A DNA stretch of 64,000 bases, taken from positions 349,928,001 to 349,992,000 of the forward strand of contig OZ024740.1 in the NCBI GenBank assembly GCA_964016885.1. The letters run 5' to 3'. This document shows, in pieces, positions 32,624 to 42,400 of this stretch. Positions within the stretch are counted from its first letter, which is position 1. Each line of letters begins with the position of its first letter. The DNA comes from Eledone cirrhosa. Its lineage: Eukaryota. The notes under the pieces were generated by a model. The model had not been told where the DNA came from and searched no databases. It was given only the letters and a program-made list of their open reading frames with translations. The position numbers and the translations under genes are program-made.

Positions 32624-35600
32624 AGAAACATTGTGTACAACAACAATCTAATAAAAACACAAGGGCCTAACTTCACCCAGGCAGGGGATTTCCCCCACCT
32701 CAAAATGATTAAGGCCCCACAGGACACCTATAAAACTTTAAAAAACAATTTTAAAGAGGACGTGGGTCCCCCCTGCGTCGGGCCCATTAACCGCGTCCTC
32801 CTAAAAAACTATCCCACCCCCTCCCCAAACACCCTCACAACTCCAAGCTCCCCAACCACACAACACACTGATGCCCCCACACTTCCACAAACCACCACCC
32901 CACCCAACAACCCATCCCCCACCCTAATGGAAATTGTGCAGCCCGATACCCGGGACGCAGAGAGGTAAGTGCCTTTTCTCTTCACCACCAACATGGCTAT
33001 GCTAAGAGTAGGCTGTTTAAATGCGCGTGGCCTGGGCTCAACTTGGAAGCAAGCAATGCTTCTAAATGACCTCAGGTCACAACGTATAGATGTGATGGTT
33101 ATTTGCGAGGCCCGGATCAGCAACGTGCGACAGCTGGCCCCCGCCTTTGATGACTTTGAGATGCACGCATCTCTCTGTCAGCCTGGAGGTGGGGGTGGAG
33201 TTGTCGTTCTGCTGCAAAAACATCTGGGTCTCGCAACACAGATGGTACATTTGGACCCGGAGGGTCGACTAGTGGTTCTGGACCTTGGCAGTGGTAAACG
33301 CGGAGCGTTTAGGTTGGTAGCCGCCTACGGCCCTTTCGGGTCAATGCGGCCGGACTTCTTCCATCGTCTGGAGACTTTTCTAGGGACGTCCCGCTCCTTG
33401 CTATTAGTGGGGGACTGGAATGGTATCCTAGATGCACGCTGGGACTACGTAGGGGCCTGCCCCGATAGAGAGGGGTGTAATAGCCTCAAAGGGTTAATCG
33501 GTCGATTTGACCTGGCCGATAGATATCGACTAGATTTTCCGACTGCGCCAACCTGGACTTGGGCAAATCGTAGCGGATCATCTAGGTCGTACCTAGATAG
33601 GTTCTTAGTTAGAATTAAGGATAAGGACTTTTTAAGTTGTCCAAAAATGCGCATTGTTGGCTATTCAGACCACAAATTAGTGACCTGCATGGTCAACCTT
33701 GACAGAACTCATAGACAGGGCCCCGGTTACTGGAAGCTCAACTTGTCCTTGCCGGCAAGTAGAGCCTACAGGAATCGGATTAGTACGTTAGTTAAGGAAC
33801 GGTTGACTGGAGCGATCGTCAACAGCAGGTGGTGGGTATCTCTAAAGAGAGAGATTAGAGTAGTCTCGATAGAATTTAGTAAGGTTCTAGCTGCGGATAG
33901 GAATAGGAAGGAAAGGGAGCTAATAGATAGAGTAGAAGAGGCAATTAGAAGCGGCGACGTGGCCAGAGTGCTAGCGTCGAGAACGGCTTTGAGCCAGTAT
34001 TTCGACGCGAAGCACGAAGGCTGCGTTGTCCGAAGTAAAATACGTGCTCTAGGGAACGAGGGGACCAAAGCTGTTAGCTGGGCCCGCGTGACAGAGGCCA
34101 ACAGTGGAACTAAATCCACCATCCGGTCTTTGCGAGACCTGGATGGACGGGCGATTCTTGAGCCTAAGCAGATGTGTGAGGCCTTTCAAAGGCACTTTGC
34201 CCGACTGTTCGGGAGGGGCGGGGAGCCGGTTGGGAACGTGGACTTCGGTCCATACCTCGACGGCCTGCCGCGCCTCTCGGACAGGGAGGCGAAGTCCTGC
34301 GAGGAGCCGATTTCGGCCGCTGAGATAGAGGACGTGCTGAGCCAATGCGGCAAACGCAAATCCCCGGGTCTCGATGGTCTTCCTTACGAATTATATCTAG
34401 CTATGCCGGACTTGTTCCCCGATCTCCTCGAGGCGGTCTACTGCAACTGGCAACAGAACGGGAGAATTCCCTGTACTGTGACCAAGGGCGTAGTCACGCT
34501 AGTGAGGAAGGACGAGAACAAGGGGGACGAAATAAGTAACTTCAGGCCCATAACTCTGCTAAATACAGAGTTACAGATTTTGGCCAAGGTGCTAGCAAAG
34601 AGGTTGGCGCTTGTCGTGGGCAACCTGGTGGGAGATGCGCAGACATGCGCTATCCCGTCCAGGTCCATCCATGACAACCTCCACCTCATGCGATACATCA
34701 TAGAGAGGGTTGGGAACGAACCCGGCTTTGGTGGGGCTCTGATCAACTTGGATCAATCTAAGGCGTTCGATAGGGTCGACCATGGTTACCTGGATGCGGT
34801 GCTAGCGGCGGCAGGCTTCGGACCCGTTTTCAGGGGCTGGATCACTGCTATGCACAGCAGCCGCATCTGCTCTAGGGTCAAGGTGAACGGCTACCTCTCG
34901 GAGCCGTTCAAAATCGCGCGGTCCATCCGACAAGGGTGCCCTCTCTCCTCCCTTCTGTATGTGTTGACTCTCGAGCCACTACTGCGGAAGTTGGAGTTGT
35001 TGCAGGGCATCCCTTTGGAACCGGGATTGCGGAAAGCGGTGTCGGCCTACGCCGATGACGTGACAGTAATGGTGTCGACGGCCTCCGAAATCGAGGCGGT
35101 CGGCACCTTACTGGAGGAGTACGAAAAGTTCACAGGGGCTAAGCTGAACCGGGACAAGTCGATCGGTTTGCAACTCGGCACGTGGAGGGGCAGACCGATG
35201 CCCTCCGATAGCGTCGTCGGACGCTGGACGGAGGGCCCGGTGAAGTTGCTCGGGGTCTGGTTCGGACCGGACCTCCAGGTGGAGAAAAACTGGGCGGAGG
35301 TTACGAACAGGGTGTTTGCACTGACCCAGAAGTGGGCCAGTTGCAAACTATCCCTGAAAGGTCGGGCGGAGGTGGCGAACACCTACATAGCGTCCGTCAT
35401 CTACTACCGCCTGACCGTAGTGCCCTGCCCAAGGGAAACCCTCACCAAGATGGAGCGCGCGCTCTTCCAATTCCTTTGGAAGAGGCGGGCTCCTATGGTG
35501 AGGAGATCCATCTGCTGTCAACACCCTTCGAAAGGAGGGCTGGGGATGCCGTGGCTAATGATGCGTAAACACGCATTAAGGCTACGGCACCTCTACGTAT

Positions 35601-36692
35601 TCCTCACCGGACAACCGGTGTGGGCCTCGTTTGTGAGACGAACCTTTCCCAGACTCGTCTCACTCACCGAGCTGCAATCCTGGGTCAAGCAAAGACCGAG
35701 AAAACTGCGCGCCTGGCACACTGAGTGTGCCCAGGCGCTCACCGCCCTCTGGCAGGCGGATCCGGTTATCAGTGGAGACTCCACCGCAACATTCTATAGA
35801 GGGCTGGTACGCAGCAGGTGCGACGACGCCCTCGGAGAAGCCCTAGACATGGAGGAGGACGAACTGGCCAGCCTGTTCGGTAGGACATTCAGCCCGGGAC
35901 CTATGGACAACTTCCAGAAGTCCCTGGCCTGGCAGTGCTACCGAGGGGCTTTACCCGTTCGAGAAAGGCTCTACAGACACGGGCGCCCGGGTAGGGACCC
36001 CGCCAAAAAGATCTGTCCCAGATGCGTGTGCGACGAGGAAACCGTTGCACACGCATTAGTACACTGCTCGGGCGTAGCCGATCTGTGGGGCTATGTCGAA
36101 CAACTGCTGTCAAGGGTGGGACCGATCCGGTTGACCACCGAGTCTATTGTAATGATCAAGCCGCCTCCCCCCTTCAAAGATGAAGCAGAGGCGGTGTTTC
36201 TGTGCGTAATAGCCATGGCGAAAGAGGTTGTATGGTGGACGCGTCTGAAAGGACTGAGGTCGGGCACCTTTCTCTCTGGCCAACAACTGGTCCGTTTCTT
36301 CCGATATCATTTCGGAAGAAGGATCAGGATGGAGAGAGAGGTGCTGCACCCCAGCCGTTTCTATGAAAGATGGGTGAAAGTGGCGAGAATGGCCCGTGTG
36401 AATGGGCCTTCACTCTACATCAGACTATAGGTGAGGAAGATGAAAGACCAAGGGAGCACCCCTTCTCTGTGCTCCTGAGGAGAAGGGTTGCACACTTTTT
36501 TCGGGGGTGTGTGCGACCCCCCAAGGCGCCTCCTCTCTATTGAGGATTTTGTTAAAAATTTTATTTTTTGTTATATCTTATTTTATTTTTATATTTTGTT
36601 ATTGCCTCCTCCTTATTGAGGACGCCTTTTTGTGTAAACTCCCCCCTTTGTACTTGTCCCACTTTTGATGCCCTAGTGGCAAATAAAAGAAA
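32624..36692 (+). mobile_element. Tx1 copy B5, truncated in the ORF1 C-terminus, intact ORF2
   Basis: ORF1 tail to 32968; ORF2 intact; 20-bp TSD TATCTATCTATCTATCAGAA. Confidence 0.95.
32993..36430 (+). CDS. Intact Tx1 ORF2: AP endonuclease + reverse transcriptase + CCHC (1145 aa from ATG)
   Basis: NARGL, GDWN, YLDR, YSDH (APE); KSPGLDG, RPITLLN, DQSKAFDRV, QGCPLS, YADD (RT); CPRC...H...C. Confidence 0.95.
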   Translation: MAMLRVGCLNARGLGSTWKQAMLLNDLRSQRIDVMVICEARISNVRQLAPAFDDFEMHASLCQPGGGGGVVVLLQKHLGLATQMVHLDPEGRLVVLDLGSGKRGAFRLVAAYGPFGSMRPDFFHRLETFLGTSRSLLLVGDWNGILDARWDYVGACPDREGCNSLKGLIGRFDLADRYRLDFPTAPTWTWANRSGSSRSYLDRFLVRIKDKDFLSCPKMRIVGYSDHKLVTCMVNLDRTHRQGPGYWKLNLSLPASRAYRNRISTLVKERLTGAIVNSRWWVSLKREIRVVSIEFSKVLAADRNRKERELIDRVEEAIRSGDVARVLASRTALSQYFDAKHEGCVVRSKIRALGNEGTKAVSWARVTEANSGTKSTIRSLRDLDGRAILEPKQMCEAFQRHFARLFGRGGEPVGNVDFGPYLDGLPRLSDREAKSCEEPISAAEIEDVLSQCGKRKSPGLDGLPYELYLAMPDLFPDLLEAVYCNWQQNGRIPCTVTKGVVTLVRKDENKGDEISNFRPITLLNTELQILAKVLAKRLALVVGNLVGDAQTCAIPSRSIHDNLHLMRYIIERVGNEPGFGGALINLDQSKAFDRVDHGYLDAVLAAAGFGPVFRGWITAMHSSRICSRVKVNGYLSEPFKIARSIRQGCPLSSLLYVLTLEPLLRKLELLQGIPLEPGLRKAVSAYADDVTVMVSTASEIEAVGTLLEEYEKFTGAKLNRDKSIGLQLGTWRGRPMPSDSVVGRWTEGPVKLLGVWFGPDLQVEKNWAEVTNRVFALTQKWASCKLSLKGRAEVANTYIASVIYYRLTVVPCPRETLTKMERALFQFLWKRRAPMVRRSICCQHPSKGGLGMPWLMMRKHALRLRHLYVFLTGQPVWASFVRRTFPRLVSLTELQSWVKQRPRKLRAWHTECAQALTALWQADPVISGDSTATFYRGLVRSRCDDALGEALDMEEDELASLFGRTFSPGPMDNFQKSLAWQCYRGALPVRERLYRHGRPGRDPAKKICPRCVCDEETVAHALVHCSGVADLWGYVEQLLSRVGPIRLTTESIVMIKPPPPFKDEAEAVFLCVIAMAKEVVWWTRLKGLRSGTFLSGQQLVRFFRYHFGRRIRMEREVLHPSRFYERWVKVARMARVNGPSLYIRL

Positions 36693-36710
36693 TATATCTA
36701 TCTATCTATC

Positions 36711-39368
36711 AGAATACGTGCTCTAGGGAACGAGGGGGCCAAAGCTGTTAGCTGGGCCCGCGTGACAGAGGCCAACAGTGGAACTAAATCCACCATCCGG
36801 TCTTTGCGAGACCTGGATGGACGGGCGATTCTTGAGCCTAAGCAGATGTGTGAGGCCTTTCAAAGGCACTTTGCCCGACTGTTCGGGAGGGGCGGGGAGC
36901 CGGTTGGGAACGTGGACTTCGGTCCATACCTCGACGGCCTGCCGCGCCTCTCGGACAGGGAGGCGAAGTCCTGCGAGGAGCCGATTTCGGCCGCTGAGAT
37001 AGAGGACGTGCTGAGCCAATGCGGCAAACGCAAATCCCCGGGTCTCGATGGTCTTCCTTACGAATTATATCTAGCTATGCCGGACTTGTTCCCCGATCTC
37101 CTCGAGGCGGTCTACTGCAACTGGCAACAGAACGGGAGAATTCCCTGTACTGTGACCAAGGGCGTAGTCACGCTAGTGAGGAAGGACGAGAACAAGGGGG
37201 ACGAAATAAGTAACTTCAGGCCCATAACTCTGCTAAATACAGAGTTACAGATTTTGGCCAAGGTGCTAGCAAAGAGGTTGGCGCTTGTCGTGGGCAACCT
37301 GGTGGGAGATGCGCAGACATGCGCTATCCCGTCCAGGTCCATCCATGACAACCTCCACCTCATGCGATACATCATAGAGAGGGTTGGGAACGAACCCGGC
37401 TTTGGTGGGGCTCTGATCAACTTGGATCAATCTAAGGCGTTCGATAGGGTCGACCATGGATACCTGGATGCGGTGCTAGCGGCGGCAGGCTTCGGACCCG
37501 TTTTCAGGGGCTGGATCACTGCCATGCACAGCAGCCGCATCTGCTCTAGGGTCAAGGTGAACGGCTACCTCTCGGAGCCGTTCAAAATCGCGCGGTCCAT
37601 CCGACAAGGGTGCCCTCTCTCCTCCCTTCTGTATGTAATGACTCTAGAGCCACTACTGCGGAAGTTGGAGTTGTTGCAGGGCATCCCTTTGGAACCGGGA
37701 TTGCGGAAAGCGGTGTCAGCCTACGCCGATGATGTGACAGTAATGGTGTCGACGGCCTCCGAAATCGAGGCGGTCGGCACTTTACTGGAGGAGTACGAAA
37801 AGTTCACAGGGGCTAAGCTGAACCGGGACAAGTCGATCGGTTTGCAACTCGGCACGTGGAGGGGCAGACCGATGCCCTCCGATGGCGTCGTCGGACGCTG
37901 GACGGAGGGCCCGGTGAAGTTGCTCGGGGTCTGGTTCGGACCGGACCTCCAGGTGGAGAAAAACTGGGCGGAGGTTACGAACAGGGTGTTTGCACTGACC
38001 CAGAAGTGGGCCAGTTGCAAACTATCCCTGAAAGGTCGGGCGGAGGTGGCGAACACTTATATAGCGTCCGTCATCTACTACCGCCTGACCGTAGTGCCCT
38101 GCCCAAGGGAAACCCTCACCAAGATGGAGCGCGCGCTCTTCCATTTCCTTTGGAAGAGGCGGGCTCCTATGGTGAGGAGATCCATCTGCTGTCAACACCC
38201 TTCGAAAGGAGGGCTGGGGATGCCGTGGCTAATGATGCGTAAACACGCATTAAGGCTACGGCACCTCTACGTATTCCTCACCGGACAACCGGTGTGGGCC
38301 TCGTTTGTGAGACGAACCTTTCCCAGACTCGTCTCACTCACCGAGCTGCAATCCTGGGTCAAGCAAAGACCGAGAAAACTGGGCGCCTGGCACACTGAGT
38401 GTGCCCAGGCGCTCACCGCCCTCTGGCAGGCGGATCCGGTTATCAGTGGAGACTCCACCGCAACATTCTATAGAGGGCTGGTACGCAGCAGGTGCGACGA
38501 CGCCCTCGGAGAAGCCCTAGACATGGAGGAGGACGAACTGGCCGGCCTGTTCGGTAGGACATTCAGCCCGGGACCTATGGACAACTTCCAGAAGTCCCTG
38601 GCCTGGCAGTGCTACCGAGGGGCTTTACCCGTTCGAGAAAGGCTCTACAGACACGGGCGCCCGGGTAGGGACCCCGCCAAAAAGATCTGTCCCAGATGCG
38701 TGTGCGACGAGGAAACCGTTGCACACGCATTGGTACACTGCTCGGGCGTAGCCGATCTGTGGGGCTATGTCGAACAACTGCTGTCAAGGGTGGGACCGTT
38801 CCGGTTGACCACCGAGTCTATTGTAATGATCAAGCCGCCTCCCCCCTTCAAAGATGAAGCAGAGGCGGTGTTTCTGTGCGTAATAGCCATGGCGAAAGAG
38901 GTTGTATGGTGGACGCGTCTGAAAGGACTGAGGTCAGGCACCTTTCTCTCTGGCCAACAACTGGTCCGTTTCTTCCGATATCATTTCGGAAGAAGGATCA
39001 GGATGGAGAGAGAGGTGCTGCACCCCAGTCGTTTTTATGAAAGGTGGGTGAAAGTGGCGAGAATGGCCCGTGTGAATGGGCCTTCTCTTTACATAAGCCT
39101 GTAGGTGGAAAAGAGGAAGGAACGAGGGAGCACCCCCTCTCTGTGCTCCTGAGGAAAAGGGTTGCACACTTTTTTCGGGGGTGTGTGCGACCCCCCAAGG
39201 CGCCTCCTCTCTATTGAGGATTTTGTTAAAAATTCTATTTTTTGTTATATCTTATATTATTTTTATATTTTGTTATTGCCTCCTCCTTATTGAGGACGCC
39301 TTTTTGTGTAAACTCCCCCCTTTGTACTTGTCCCACTTTTGATGCCCTAGTGTCAAATAAAAGAAACA
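36711..39368 (+). mobile_element. Tx1 copy B6, 5'-truncated after APE, near-identical to B5
   Basis: Open frame to 39104; differs from B5 mainly around the stop codon; 15-bp TSD TATCTATCTATCAGA. Confidence 0.95.
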
Positions 39369-39403
39369 TATCTATCTATCAGACGCGGCATCTCTACGTA
39401 TTC

Positions 39404-42400
39404 TAGCAAATGTCGATTTTCTCCAGCGAGGAAAACAGTACGGAAGTGTTTCCGTACTGTTTAAAAGCGAGACACTGGCCCAAAAAAACTCTGTGACACC
39501 AATAGTGTCAAAAGCATACACCTTTTTCCCTACATACATGGGGAAAAGGACACAAAAAATAAAAATAAAAAACATACCTCCAAGCATTAACATCTGGTGG
39601 ATCTTGGCTGGCTTCGTAGAGCCAGAAACAGACATAATACTTTCGATACGAAAATCCATTCGACAAAGGTGGGCGGGCACCGATTTGGAGATTCTGTTGC
39701 AAATGAAACCGGAGAGAATCTCCAAAATACCCGAAAGAGTCGTTATTGATAATAACAACAAAATAAACATTTCGGTAGAAGGAAGAAAATTTCACTGCTT
39801 TCGCTGTGGTAGCACATCTCACCTAAAAGCCTCTTGTCCACAAACACACAACAGCAACATCATAAAAAAACGCTATTACCAACACCAACACCAAAACAAC
39901 CACCACCACCACCACAAGTACAACGACAGACGAAACGAACAACCACACCAAAACAAACAGACACTCAACCAACAACAACAGAAAAAACAGAGACAACACC
40001 CCTGAAGAACACATCCCCACTCCATCCCACTCCATCAAACACTACCACAAACACACATACCGAAACACCACCACCACCACACAACATACCCTTACCCCAC
40101 ACACCTGACGATGATTATTCATCGACGGATGAAGCTGCTTCTCCTTCTTTAAGTGAAGAAGAGGGAGAACCGCGGAAATCCAAAAAACAAAAAAAGAGAC
40201 ACCACAAAACCCCCAAAACTCCAATCACCAACACCAACACACAACCACAGACACAAACAACAACACAAACAACACCACAGTCAAACACCCCCCTATCAGC
40301 AAAACCAGCACCAACACCACCCCAAACACAAGCACCCACCATAAAAAGAAAACTCCCAGATGAACAACAAACTAAAACAATACAACAAAAACACAAACAA
40401 CAATACGCATACATCAACACAAACAAGAGTTTGATGGAGGTCATCTCCCAAAACCCCAAGGTGGAGACGGAGGGCAAAACTTTCGTCAAGGCAGAATCGT
40501 CTCCACACCTTAAACTTATAAGGGTTTCTATGGAAACCTATAAAGACCTGAAAATTAAATTTTCACAGGACGTGGGCAACCCCTGCCACAAACCCATCAA
40601 CCGCGTCCTGTTGAAAGGTTTCCCCACCCCACCCAACACCCCATCCAGCACCCAAATGGAGATTGAACAACCCGATCTCCAGGAAACGAAAAGGTAAGTG
40701 CACCTTTCGTCCTTTTTCTCCAACTTTTCTTCACCAACATGGCTGGTTTACGAGTTGGAACCGTGAATGTGCGTGGCCTAGGGATGCCCTGGAAAAAGGG
40801 CCAACTTTTAAACGACCTTAGGTCACACAGTATGGATGTGATAGCCATCACCGAGTCCAGAATCCACAACAGGCAGCAACTAACCCCCATCTTCGACGAC
40901 TTTGAGATCTACGCATCTCTCTGTCAGCCAGGAGGTGGAGGTGGAGTGGCTGTTATGTTTCGGAAGAACCTGGACGTCGGAGTACAGCAAGTACACTTGA
41001 ACCCGGAGGGTAGACTGGTAGTCCTAGACGTGAACAGTATCGGAGGTGGAGCCTTAAGACTGGTGGCCGTTTATGCCCCGACCGGACAATCGCAATCACG
41101 GCCAGACTTCTTTAAGCGTCTAGAGTCTTTTCTGGGAACGTCTCGCTCCTTACTTTTAGTGGGGGACTGGAATGGTATCCTAGATGCACGATGGGACTAT
41201 GTGGGAGCATGTCCCAGTAGAGCGGGGTGCAACAGCCTCAAAACTTTAATCGGCCAATTCCAACTGGCCGATAGGTATCGACTGGATTTCCCGACTGCAC
41301 CACAGTGGACGTGGGTAAACCACAGTGGGACATCTAGATCGTATTTAGATAGGTTCTTCATTAGAGAAAGGGACAAGGATATGTTAAGCTGTCCACGAAT
41401 GCACATGGTTGCCTATTCAGATCACAAGTTAGTCGTCTGCTTAGTCAACCGTGATAGAATACATAGACAGGGTCCCGGATACTGGAAGCTGAACGTGTCG
41501 TTGCCGACACGTAAAGCTTACAGTGAACGGATAAGTAAACTAGTCAAGCAACAGTTAACGGGAGCCATCGTCAACAATAGATGGTGGTACTCTCTCAAGA
41601 AAGCAATTAGAATAGAATCGATAGGGTATAGCAGAGAGTTAGCCTTAGAGAAAAACAGAATAGAAAGAGAACTAGTAGCCAAGGTAGAGGAGGCACTTAG
41701 AAGTGGCAACGCGGCTAGAGTGTTAGCGTCGAGAACGGCACTGGACCAGTTCTTCGATGCGAAACACGAAGGCTGCGTGGTCAGAAGCAAAACACGTGCT
41801 CTAGGAAACGAAGGAACGAAAGCTGTCAGCTGGGCCCGAGTGGCGGAGGCAAAAAGTGGCAACAAGTCCACGATTCGGTCTTTGAAAGACCAAAACGGAC
41901 GCGTGCTACTTGACCCCAAGCAAATGTGCGCGGCCTTTCAGCGGCACTTTGCGCGACTGTTTGAGCGGAACGACGGTGAGCCGAACGGGGCAATGGACTT
42001 TAGTTCATACCTCGACGGCCTGCCGCGTCTCTCGAACACGGACGCCGAGTTCTGCGAAAGACCGATCACGGACACTGAGATACGGGACGCTCTGGGCCGC
42101 TGCGGGAAACGCAAGTCACTCGGTCTAGATGGTCTACCCTACGAATTTTACATAGGCATGCCGGACTTGTACTCTGGCGTCCTCGAAGCCGTCTACTGCA
42201 ATTGGCAGCAGAACGGGAGAATTCCCAGTTCTGCAGGCAAGGGCGTAGTAACGCTGATCAGGAAAGACGAGAACAAGGGGGACGAAATGAACAACTTCAG
42301 GCCCATAACTCTGCTCAACACAGAGTTAAAGATTTTGGCCAAGGTGCTAGCGACGAGGCTGGCGCTTGTCGTCGAGAACCTGGTAGGGAAAGCGCAAACG

